A DNA stretch of 63,363 bases, filler included, from Octopus bimaculoides (GCF_001194135.2; 5 parts of 4 records of this genome joined end to end with filler, not necessarily neighbours in it), one strand, 5' to 3'; positions 11,854-22,994 are shown, numbered from the whole stretch's first letter. The notes: a model not told the origin generated them from the sequence alone. Translations and numbers: made by a program.

Positions 11854-12170
11854 TCGCTTCCCGGTTGATTTATAATAATGAATTAATATACGCCAAGTGA
11901 AGTAGATCTGATTGGCAGAAATCTTCAGATTCCTCAGAGAAATGATAAAGTTAAAGAATAGCATCTGATATAACCGTTTTCAGTGTAATGAGGAATAAAA
12001 CCCGCGCTGGAATGGAACTAGTCATCTGCAACATTCGCTTGTAGACAAACAGATGCATATATATTCATGTGTGGCTATCGAGCGTGAAAGATAGGCACAT
12101 CTACTCTAGATTCGAACCCGTGAGACTAGTGGAAACGACCACATTATAGAGTTTCTTGACTGCATCTTAC

Positions 12171-12210
12171 CTGTATATGTTGTCATTACTTTGTCATTAT
12201 TTAGACCCAT
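12171..12210 (-). CDS. Possible first coding exon (MGLNNDKVMTTYT, phase 1), unverified
   Basis: gacATGG start context and strong donor CAG|GTAAGA in non-repetitive sequence. No downstream exon or homology identified. Confidence 0.25.
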
Positions 12211-12913
12211 GTCGGGCCTATAATGAAAGGCGTTCCAGACGCGACCGTCCTCTAATTTTTTTAAAGAGTAGTTTATCTAACGCGTTGTTCGTTGCGAAGA
12301 TATGTCTGAGATGAGATAGGTTCTTGGTTGCTATTTTTACCATGTTGAGCCGCTCCGTGGAAGCTTCCTCGCTGGAGCTTACGTGAATATGTGCTAACAC
12401 GTGACTGTGCGTACGCGTTAATATATCACAATGCACGTGTTGTGTGTATGTGTGTGAGAGTCAATGCGCATATGCATTTTGTTGGTGATGTTGTTTCGCT
12501 ACAGCGTAGTCTTGGTTAAATAGATTCATAATCGAAAGCATTCGAGTTATGACCATCCCTTCTTTCTTTCTGAAATCGTACAACTAGATTCACGTTAGTC
12601 AATATGTCCTTTTTGAAGAAAGAGTAGCAAGGTATAATTTAGATTGATGTTCCACCACGTGAGAAACAAAAAGGACCGATTTGTTTGTTTCCAAGTCTGT
12701 TACAGTCGTTATTAAATCTTTCCACAGCTTTTTGGGTTTTCAATCGTATTGGCAGGATAATAAACAAAATTGAACAAGGCTAATATTCATTGTAATTATA
12801 CTCTCTGTCGTTGTAAATCAATCTCTCTGGAGGCTAAAGTAAATACTACTACTACAACTACTACTACCACAACTAATAATAATAATAATAATAATGATAA
12901 TAATAATAATCAG

Positions 12914-13112
12914 ACACAAGGCCTGAAATTTGTTGGGGGAGGGCCTAGTCGATTACATCGACCCCAGTGTTTCACAGGTACTTAATTTATCGAAACCGAA
13001 AGGATGATAGGCAAAGTCGACCTCAGCGGAATTTGAACTCAGGACATACAGACGGACGAATTGCCGCTTAACATTTTGCCCGGCGTGCTAACGATTTTGC
13101 TAGCTCGCCACC
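12914..13112 (-). mobile_element. SINE C (short-tail variant)
   Basis: Reverse complement of the C head and central domain (ggcaaagtcgacctcagcggaatttgaactcag). Confidence 0.88.
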
Positions 13113-13124
13113 TATGCAAAACCA

Positions 13125-13662
13125 GGCACTGGTTCTCATGGCTTCTGATCTTAACTGATTGGAAGTGTTATTATGTACATATTTTGTCTTGGTATAAAAG
13201 ATGGGCTACAGCAAATATTCTAATCAGTACCACAGATTTGGTTGTCAGTTGCTTGACATTAACCGGTTGATCATGTCCCTTAGTGGCTGACAATATGTGC
13301 TTCTCTGATCACGAGCAGAAGTAGTGGGGGAGCATCATTGCCACGTGTTGAGAGGAATTCTTTGGGGTTTGAATAATTCACCTCTGGAAACATGGATGTT
13401 TCGTTCAACATCCTTAAATAACCCTTATTCAGGGAACTTTTGAGTGGAATGAGCTACTCGACCTGAAAAAAATTCTAAGTGGGCTCCACCTGCAAGGTCA
13501 TGCGCTGTTTATCTTGACATGAGATCACCATGTCGCTCACATATTGGTTGTGATGCATGTGCCTGGTGTACCTTCATCAGACGGATAGTTGTGATGGGTA
13601 TATTGAGTTTCGTATATTTGTACCCCAGTATCACTTTGATGGCATGCGCTGCTCTCTCATTC

Positions 13663-13665
<3 letters not shown>
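13125..13665. repeat. Unclassified interspersed-repeat-like segment
   Basis: Resembles, from memory, a common octopus repeat; it lies between a SINE and an (AAT)n array. Single copy here, class not determined. Confidence 0.35.
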
Positions 13666-13721
<56 letters not shown>

Positions 13722-13723
<2 letters not shown>

Positions 13724-13830
13724 CATAAGAGCACCACAGCAAACCACAGCACATACCCAAGGCGCACAGAGCTGCGCTCGGTAGTGAAGTGAAAGCACGT
13801 TATAAAAATAAAACTACTGAACAATAATAA
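13722..13830 (+). mobile_element. R4/Dong-like LINE 3' UTR fragment within an (AAT)n array
   Basis: Near-exact reverse complement of 52020-52130, which is contiguous with an RLE C-terminus; (AAT)n on both sides. Confidence 0.75.
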
Positions 13831-13838
13831 TAATAATA

Positions 13839-13886
<48 letters not shown>

Positions 13887-13953
13887 AGGCTACGGCTGCT
13901 GCTGCTGATGATGATGATGACGATGATGACAACGACGACGATGACACCGCCTT

Positions 13954-14005
<52 letters not shown>

Positions 14006-14249
14006 TCAGTTATTTTGTGGGATGGTTAAGTGGGATGAAACAAATTCAGTTTTTGAATGATACTTCATTTTATTGAACTTGGACGGATAAAAAGCAAAGT
14101 TAACTGTGACAGGATGTAAATTCAGAACAAAGAGGACTATAATTACGTCATATGAGTAATTTAGTTCGACGCTCTGATATTTCTGGGTGGGATATTTAGA
14201 ACTTCAGCAGTGTATAGAAGCCTTTTTTTATGAATAAGAAGAAAACTGG

Positions 14250-14760
14250 TTGGAAGGGTAGAGACGCACTGTGTTGGCTGATGTTCGGTCGGGACGTCTT
14301 CACGAATTCAGCTCTGCGAATATGGCGAAGATATATAAACCTCACTCGTTCATGATACCAAGCTATAAATATGTGATACCGTAAAATCCCGCAAATCTGA
14401 GGTCTCTATGGTGATAACGCTGAAAAAAAATCTGAAGGACCGTGAGGAGTGGAAGAATCTCACGTTTCATGTGTTTGTCCTTTTCTTGGGAGTTGAGATA
14501 AATTAAAAGTATTGTCGCCTCAGTCACGCGTTGGCGAATATTGGAATAAGTAAAGCAGTGAGAGAGGTTGATGTGGTGAGAGAGGTTGATGTGGTGAGAG
14601 AGGTTGATGTGGTGAGAGAGGTTGATGTGGTGAGAGAGGCAGAAAAAGTCGGTTAAGATGTTTTGTGAATTATGCACGAGGTGAATAAATGAGATGAAAA
14701 TAAAGATTCGAGGGTGGTTGGTAAAGAGGGTCAACGTTTCAAATATAATCGCAATTTAGT
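14250..14760 (-). mobile_element. Decayed Penelope-like GIY-YIG C-terminus plus decayed hammerhead-like end
   Basis: HHRDLRFAGF and L*LGIMNE*GLYI resemble the PLE HS..DL.V.GL and IF.LGTL.P.GLN motifs; downstream GTGAAGA-c gtc cc gac c-GAAC-ATC. Confidence 0.5.
14558..14639. repeat. 18-bp tandem repeat, about 4.5 copies (gtgagagaggttgatgtg)
   Basis: Direct reading. Confidence 0.95.
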
Positions 14761-15336
14761 GGTATGGGAGTGATATGGTGAAGGCCTGATTGAGCGAAGA
14801 TAAAGGAATGGGAGTAAGAAACAGATAGACGAGGGAGCTACTAGAGAGCGCATATGCGTACACACTAAAACAGAAGCACAAGCAAAAATGGAAGAGTAAA
14901 TGAGACGAAAAGAATGGTAGAGGGAGCCTGCATCAAGATATTCTGAAAAACGTAGGCATGATGTAAATAGAGAATAATGACGGGTATTTTGTTAATGTTA
15001 TGTTAAAAAAAAAGACGATATCGATCAGTAATAAAGTATTTTATTCTGATTTATCTAGAAAGACATTAGGTTTTCAAAGAAGCATGACAAGGTCTATATT
15101 TTCACTCGCGTTGGTAGGTTTCCAACATCCGACACAGCGGAAGTAAATGACATATTTCATGGAGTGACTTTATATAAATTACATCTTGTTACTTATTGTA
15201 TTCAGTACTGGTTTCTAAGGAACTTCAACAGAAGATAATATAGTGTACTGGGCTTACGTGCACTATTTAGAAGGTAGTGGAATTGCAGAATCGATAGTGA
15301 TGGATAAAATGTCTTTCCAAGTTTTTTAGCTGAGTA

Positions 15337-15555
15337 AGGCGGTGAGCTGGCAGAATTATATGCATGCCGGGGCAAAATGCTTAGCGGTAGTTTGTCCATG
15401 TTTACGTTCTGAGTTCAAATTCCGCCGGGATCGACTTTGCTGTTCATCTTTTCGGGGTTGATAAAAGAAGTACCAGTTGAACACTGGGTCCGATGTAATT
15501 GATTTACCCCATCCCTCGAAATTGCTGGCTTTATGCCAGAATTTGAAACCAATAT
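15337..15555 (+). mobile_element. SINE C (short-tail variant)
   Basis: aggcggtgagctggcagaa...gagttcaaattccgccgggatcgactttgc. Confidence 0.85.
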
Positions 15556-15719
15556 TATATAAAAGATAACCAAGTTCTCTTCAATTGACTATGGCCCTTT
15601 ATTATTAATCTTGCATGTATCTGAATATTTATACTCTCTTCTGTTCCCCCTCTCACTTTCTCTCTTTCTCTCTCTCTCACTCTTGCTCTTTCTCTTTTTC
15701 TTTTTCCTTATTTTTTCAT

Positions 15720-15935
15720 TCATGGCTGTGTGAGTAAGAAGTCTGTTTCCCAACCACATGGTATAGGGTTCATCATATAGGCACAAGTGTAACTGTGTGG
15801 TAAGAAGCTTGCTTCCTAACTACATGGTTCCGGATTCTGTCTCACTGCGTAGTACCTTGGGTACTACTATAGCTACGGTCTGATTAAAGCCTTGTGAGTG
15901 GATTTGGTACCCGGAAACTGAGAAAAGCCTGTCGT

Positions 15936-16008
<73 letters not shown>

Positions 16009-16228
16009 CATACATGTGGGGTGGGGAGTCCGCCACCACTGCTTGACAACCGGTGTTGGTGTGTTTACGTCTCCGTAACATAGCGGTTCAGCAAAAAGAG
16101 ACCGATAGAACAAGTAATTTAAGAAAAACAAGTAGTGTGGTTGATTTATTCGACTTAAAATTCTTGAAGACGATGTCCCGTCGTGGCTGCAGTATAATGG
16201 ACTGAAACAAATGAAATATAAAAGATAT
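15720..16228 (+). mobile_element. SINE B with duplicated head and central (TAGA)n
   Basis: Two head copies (about 15720 and 15790), (TAGA)n at about 15936-16008, diverged tail. Confidence 0.85.
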
Positions 16229-17019
16229 ACTTCAGAGGGTAGACGAAATAGTTAACACACTAGATGGCGTCTGAACCTGGCTTGAAGACACAAAGAGTAA
16301 TCCTCAAGTATTAACAGGAGAACCAATGGATAAAGATCTCATTTGAAACACCAGAGACAGTCAGGGTGATGGAAGAAATGAGCCATTGCCTAAGAATACG
16401 AAACTTTATACGGGAATCACTTGACAACTTAACTTCAAACATTGACTAGTCTACAGAAACTGGAATCGAGCAAAATTTTCAACATTTTAGAACATCAGTT
16501 GGAGACAGAATCGGTGTGACAAACAACTGATATTCATCAAGCTAATTCGTCCTAACTTTGCAATAACTGTTAAACTTGCTTATGATGACCTACTTGCCAC
16601 TGTCACAGTTCTTCTTTGGTTACGAGTGGGAGCTAAGTACTAATAAAGCACCATTACTCTTCTACCTTTTATAGAAAGGTATTCACCTCTACCTTTATCC
16701 CCACCTTCACAACATCAAGCTCACCCGTCGTCTAATACAAGTATATGAAATTATCAATTTGCAATATTAACTTTTTCTTATTGTTACATACAGTATTTTC
16801 AGTAATGATGTTACTGTTTTATCAAATTTAGCTTACAGTCTATATATATTCTAATATCATGTGTGTTTATGATATTAACCCCAGCAACTATCAATTTATT
16901 CGGACAATGTTGTAAAACGGACATACTTCCCGGTATAAGTTCTGTTTAATGCAGACTCACTGCCCATATACATGCACACATACAAACACAAGATCGCAAG
17001 CTACTTCGCATTCTTTTTT

Positions 17020-17180
17020 TTTTCTCTCCTTGTTTCTTTCTGTGGAACAGTGTAGGCTCGAAACGTTAAAGACTTTTTCACTTCCCGAGCGTTATACTAA
17101 TACATCCGTTTGTTGTCTACACCACCTGTCTTCGTCTTTTGTTTTGTTTTTGTTTTGTTTTTTGGTGAATTCTCCCTCTA
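17020..17180 (+). mobile_element. Penelope-like 3' end with decayed minimal hammerhead (17035-17072)
   Basis: tcttt-CTGTGGA-a-cagt gtag gctc-GAAA-CG-TT-aaaga: 5-bp stem I, palindromic ACGT stem III. Confidence 0.6.
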
Positions 17181-17226
17181 CATACATACATACATACATA
17201 CATACATACATACATACATACATACA

Positions 17227-17645
17227 TACAGGCGCAGACGTGGCTGTGTGGTTGCTTTCCAACAAAACAGGTCCGGCTTCAGTCACACTGCGTAGCATCT
17301 TGGGCAAGTGTCTTCTACTTTGGCCTCGGGACGACCAAAACCTTTTGAGTGGATTTGGTCGACAAAAGCTGAAAGAAGCCCGTCGTACACATGTGTGTGT
17401 GAATGTGCATTTATGTGTGTGTGTCTTTGTATCCGTGTTTCTCTCCTCACCGTCGCTTGACAACTGATGTTGGTAAATTTATGTCCCCGTAACCTAGCGG
17501 TTCGGCATAAGCTACCGATAATATAAGTACTAGGCTTACAAAGAATAAGTCCTGAAGTCGATTTCTGCGGCTAAAAATACACCTTTAAGGCGGTGCTCCA
17601 GCATGGCCGCAGTTAAATGACTGAAACAAGTAAAAGAATAAAAGA
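17227..17645 (+). mobile_element. SINE B, full length
   Basis: Head ggcgcagacgtggctgtgtgg, CORE-like atcttgggcaagtgtcttc, tail ggcggtgctccagcatggccgcagttaaatgactgaaac. Confidence 0.9.
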
Positions 17646-17669
17646 ATATATATATATATAATACAAATA

Positions 17670-17880
17670 ATATTTGAGTATATGCATATATACGTACATG
17701 TATGTACATACCTACATCTACATGTATATATAGATGCATATCTGGGTACAGGACGTCACAAAAAAACGTGGACAAAATGAAAAACATAACATAAACAGAG
17801 CACAGAAAACACACAGGCCACGTAGAGAACATTTCCTTCATCAGCTGCCACCATACTAAACTAAGCGTTTCGAAGAGTTT
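17670..17880 (-). mobile_element. Repeat family G (PLE-end-like), copy 1
   Basis: Aligns with 61786-61975; minus strand carries GAAACG...tggtggcagCTGATGAagg. Confidence 0.65.
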
Positions 17881-18182
17881 AAATATATTCAATGAGAATA
17901 TTATATACTGAATTTACATTGAGTGCTCTTTTGTATCAAAGTATTAATACTATTAATGTATTTATACATTTAATACGAGCGATTATATATATTGTATAAT
18001 ATATTGTTATTAATATCAGGAAATCAATATTAGAAAATTCTTCAGAAAGATATATACGTGTGTAGAATAATTTTTGTATTAAAAATATAAATATATATAA
18101 AAAATATATGTAAATAAGTATGACTATAAATATATGATAATAAATATGACAGTTTAAAAGTTTCGAATTAAGTTTTAAAAGC

Positions 18183-18272
18183 ATCTTACGATCGTTTCGC
18201 AGATTTGTTGTCCCTATAATGGAATCCTATATTGATAAACATTTATAGATAACTCTTCTGCTCCTCAGAGAT
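18183..18272 (-). ncRNA. Type I hammerhead ribozyme (PLE type)
   Basis: atct-CTGAGGA-gcaga...tctgc-GAAAC-GATC-GTA-agat: intact core, 4-bp stem I, 5-bp stem II, palindromic ACGATCGT stem III. Confidence 0.8.
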
Positions 18273-18740
18273 ATAAAATGTGAAATTTGTGTAATTTATC
18301 GAATGGTAGTTTTTTTTTTTAATATGAAGCAATATTGAAAAATGGTGTTTGTTTGAAATATAAATTAAAAATTACTGCTTTTGATTTGCTAATTACACTT
18401 TAGTATGAGAGTCTTGAAATTCATATATGCCTCTTGGTAAGTCTTCTGCATTAATCCGTAATAATTATGTATAAGATCCATTATATTGTCCTGTATTCCA
18501 AATATAGTTCTTAGATAATACAAAATAATAGAATCCTATATTGATAAGCATTTATAGATAAGTCTTCTGCTCTTCAGAGATATAAAATGTGAAATGTGTA
18601 TAATTTATCGAATGGTAGTTTTTTATACATATGAAGTAATATGGGAAAATGGTGCTTGTTTGAAATACAAATTATAATTTACTGCTTTTGATTTTGGTAA
18701 GTGCACTTTAGTATAAGAATATACAAATTTCACATTTTAT

Positions 18741-18830
18741 ATCTCTGAGGAACAGAAGAGTTATCTATAAATGCTTATCAATATAGAATTCCATTATAGG
18801 GGCAACACTTCTGCGAAACGATCGTAAGAG
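18741..18830 (+). ncRNA. Type I hammerhead ribozyme (PLE type)
   Basis: atct-CTGAGGA(18745-51)-acagaag...cttctgc-GAAAC-GATC-GTA(18824-26)-aga; the first stem II pair is A.C in this copy. Confidence 0.75.
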
Positions 18831-18924
18831 GCTTTAAAAACTTAATTCGAAACTTTTAAACTGTCATATTTATTATTATANNNNNNNNNNTATATGTATA
18901 TGTATATTAGCAGCTGCTAGAAAC

Positions 18925-19290
18925 TATAGACCTAGCTGACCCCAAACATCACCAGAGTCGAGAATGACTTGCTGACTGAGACCTACCATGGTGTTCGACC
19001 AGGTACAAGTTATCTGACACAGCTCTTGCAGCATTACAACTGAATGCTAAAGCAGCTGCTCAACAACTTAAATGTGGACGTGAGATACTCGACTTTGCAA
19101 AAGCCTTTGACAAAGTCGATTTGCCACAAGCTCCGAAATCTTGACATATTTGGAAAACTTGGAGAATTGCTTCACGATTTACTAAAAGTCAGGTAGTGGT
19201 GGTCAATGGGGCAACCTCCAAGAAAACACAAATAATGAGTGGTGTTCCATTGGGCACTGTACTGCGACTACTGCTATTCATATGGGCCTT
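18925..19290 (+). mobile_element. CR1/L2-like LINE reverse transcriptase fragment
   Basis: Broken frames HG(V)RPGTSYLTQLLQHY, DFAKAFDKVD and SGVPLGTVL; same family as 55388-56756. Confidence 0.85.
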
Positions 19291-20123
19291 CATGTTCAAT
19301 ACCATCTAAGTGAATAACTTTCAATATTCATAGTACAATGTTGGGATCTTTTTTCAACCCAGTGGATGACGGCTGTTTCATCTAGCATATATTTATTAAA
19401 CATAAAGGCTGTAGCTTTCATGGATACTAAACCATTGGTCAGTCTATGACCAGACTTTAAATTTACGTTTAATACTTTACTGCTCTATTCTTTAGAGTGT
19501 GCTTCTTTTTCTGATATATGTTATATTGCTAATATATATATATATATATANNNNNNNNNNNNNNNNNNNNNNNNNNNNNNNNNNNNNNNNNNNNNNNNNN
19601 NNNNNNNNNNNNNNNNNNNNNNNNNNNNNNNNNNNNNNNNNNNNNNNNNNNNNNNNNATATATAACACTGATATAATTTTATGTTTCAAATTTCACTCTA
19701 TGTGTTTCCGTACTGCATTTAACAGTACGGACACTGAATCAACCATTACATGATTCGATCTGGCATACGTAGTTGTTACACTTAACTTCTCGCACATCAT
19801 CCCCCGCTGACATTCTAACTCAATGCAAGCATCACAAAGGACCATAAACGATCATTATGTTGCTTCTTTTGTGAATATTTGTGAATGCAGATGAAATATT
19901 ATTACTTCATCAAAGGCTATTGAATAAGTAGCGTATGAATGCAGGTTTTGTTGGAGGCGGCGTCCTAGTCAATAGTAGAGTGGTGTTTGTTATTAGACTT
20001 ATTTCCACTTTTATGAATGCATAGTGGGGAACATATATATATATATACACACACACACACATAAATACATACAGACACATAAATACATACATAGTTACCT
20101 ATATACAGATATACATATATGAA

Positions 20124-20172
<49 letters not shown>

Positions 20173-20814
20173 GTGTACAGGCATACATATGTGTATGCAT
20201 ATGTGTGTGTATACTTATGTATGTACGTTTACACGTACATACACACACACACACATATATATATGCATACATATATACATATGAATGCGTGTGCGTATGT
20301 TCGTGTGTATATGTATATATATGCGGGTGTTTTTCAATATCTCAACAAAAGGTAACAATATGGTTGTACATACCAGAGATTTTTGTCCAACACAACCTTT
20401 GTCACAGTGTCACGTTCATACAACAGAATAGAAGATAGGACTTAAGCAAAGAATGAAACGTTCAATTAGCACATTTCTTTTTTTTCTGTTTTTGTCTTAT
20501 TTTGTTTTCTTTTACATTCTAAATTTAGAAATAAACTCATAAAAAAAGAGAAAGAATGACTAGAATTATCATTGATGTTGTCATTGTACGTTATTGATGT
20601 TTTGAATTTTGTTACTTTCGTTTCGGCAAATGGCCAGTTTCCCTGTCCGTCTGTCTGTACCTCTGTGTCTTTAACTTTGGTCCCTCCCCCTCACTCTCAT
20701 TCATTTGTAAGACAGTAAGTCTAGTTCATGCTTCAAACCAAGGATGTGACTTTACTAATGCCGGGGTGATGTCAGCAACGTCATGCTTGGGTAGGTTTTA
20801 CCCTCAGGCCATAG

Positions 20815-21066
20815 AGGGTAAAAGGTTAAAGATTAAAGGTTACAGATTTAAAGCACCTTCCCGGGTCATGGGACGCCAGTCCATCACAGCATTACTCAAT
20901 TTTGCCCGCTGAGTGGACTGGAGCAACGTAAAATGAAGTGATTTGCTCAAGAACACAACACATTGTTTGGTCCAGAAATTGAAACCACAATCTTACGATC
21001 GTGAGTCCAGCACCCTAACCACTAAACCACGTGCCTCTGCCACTAACTACTAAACCACGTGCCTCC
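20815..21066 (-). mobile_element. SINE family E (tRNA head, CORE-like and V-like motifs), with duplicated head
   Basis: Minus strand gaggcacgtggtttagtggttagggtgctggactcacgatcgtaagattgtggtttcaatt...gtgttcttgagcaaatcacttc...tgatggactggcgtccc; related copies at 61668 and 62985. Confidence 0.8.
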
Positions 21067-21418
21067 GTCTGGCACTTAATAGATACTGTACTTTTTAGTT
21101 TCTTAAAACACGCATTGGTTGAGTATAAAAATACTAGGTTTTCACTAAAGCACTTTGAGCGAACTTCTGCTATTCTTTTAACAATGTTAAATTGAAATGA
21201 GACACGGGTGACGGAGTGCAACTGTGCCATTCGTTTTTATGCTAACGATAAAATGGCCGTCAAAAAATATATTGGATTCTATTCGATCCACTAAATCTCC
21301 ACCCTCTATAAATTATAATCTTAGGTGAATGTAAGGAATCACTATAAGAAATAATATAAATAATAAGTAGACTTTATTTCATTGATTGCAGCATTTAGTA
21401 ACAGTTTTTAATTTCCCA

Positions 21419-21465
<47 letters not shown>

Positions 21466-22994
21466 NNNNNNNNNNNNNNNNNNNNNNNNNNNNNNNNNNN
21501 NNNNNNNNNNNNNNNNNNNNNNNNNNNNNGCGGTGGCGGTGGCGGTGGCGGTAGTAGTAGTAGTAGCTGCGGCGGCGGCAGTGATGACGGTGACGACGGT
21601 GCTATTTGTAAAACCAGCATTTTTGTGACATTTTTCTCAGGGGCTAACTAAACGTTCAAAACGTGACTGTCCTTGTCTTTTTCCGTGGCTTTGTGTACCC
21701 CCAAACTACATAAAACCAATGAAGCAACGTGTTATTTGTGGAAAATGTTGCTGCTCTCTTTACTATTTTCAGTAGGTCGAGCGACCAGGAAGAAGCTCGA
21801 TATATATATATATATCAGTAATTTACTGAGGGTATGTGCGATACGTGATTTCTTTCGTATAGTTTGTAATATTAGGACAGCATAATGAATCACTGTCATT
21901 TTAGGTTTTGGATAACAGTTTCCAGTAGAATTACTAAAAGGATATTGAAAAAGTACTCGGTAACGATCTGTTCTAATACGGCTTAGATCAATTAACTACC
22001 GTCCATTGGATCAACCTCGGTATAATACTGGTAATCATTTTATTCATGACATATGAATAAAAGTTAACACCAGCTGTGGTGGGACATGATCTCAGCGTAT
22101 AAATGTCAAAATTTGATATGTTAAATCTGTGTGTTATCACTTATAACAAATTCATCTCCCTTAAGCACACTTATCAATACATTTTTGTACTATTATCTTA
22201 TTTTATGTATTTTAAAGATATTAACCTTATTCAATTTTAGTTACAGTTAAAAAATATACACCTGTTAACAATGAAGATATGTGTTTTGTATGTGAATAGA
22301 TAATTTTAAGTTCTAACTTTATCACATTTTACATGTAAGATTTCCTTTCACTGAATTTGATGTCTATTTTAGGACAGAATTCGAAATAAGCTAATTAAAA
22401 GATAACGAGAAAACAAGCAAACTACTACATATTATGATTATTCTGATATCATTTCCGCAATATATTACAATAATTCCATAAATCCATTATGTCACGATGT
22501 TCCTTCAATTTTTGATGTAAACAAAAAGACAATATTGATAAAAGCAAAGCGCTAGAGATGAATGATGAAAACCGAGATAAGTTGAATATGTGCAGCCACA
22601 AAAGAATATTGAAAATATTATAAAACATAACCAGAAATATTCGATCTAAAATACATGGAATTTAATCTTTACCAAACATTCGAATTTGCACTTGAACCAC
22701 TTATAACCACTAAATTTGCAATTGTTTCCTTTGGAAATCTTATAATATTTTTTCGAAAACAGTATACAATATATGTAATTCGTTTAAAATCATTGAATGA
22801 TAAACCAGACTTGCACAATGTCCGATAAGCAAGATCAATATGACAAATTAGCTCATCTTTTAAACAAAATTAAAGCTTAGTTTTAAATTTGTTCGTATGA
22901 TGAACAATTTTTGGAAATCGTTCGATCGATTTTTCTCATAAACATTAAAGCAAAATCTGCATAGAAATAATGATAATCGTTATTTCTAATTTTG

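Larger units (their letters stand above)
18137..18880. mobile_element. Penelope-like pseudo-LTR cluster: two tandem minus-strand ends plus one inverted end
   Basis: 18137-18290 is inverted at 18720-18880; 18220-18410 is duplicated directly at 18530-18718. Minus strand YMNFKTLILKCN resembles the PLE C-terminal LLNKRSELISKC motif. Confidence 0.75.

Noticed and set aside
11870-11975. Minus-strand CTGAGGA followed by an atctga/tcagat hairpin
   Set aside because: No GAAA follows the stem, so a hammerhead core cannot be completed.
12218-12436. ORF with an LRR-like pattern (LSHLRHIFATNNALDKL...RLERLSL)
   Set aside because: Only one loose repeat, ends in a stop, and has no usable splice sites in frame. 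Kept only as a possible uORF.
14558-14639. Regular short direct repeats as a possible CRISPR array
   Set aside because: Head-to-tail units with no spacers, in a eukaryotic context with no cas genes.
20796-20823. 10-bp hairpin ttttaccctc/gagggtaaaa
   Set aside because: Short, abuts the SINE E tail, and has no other support for function.
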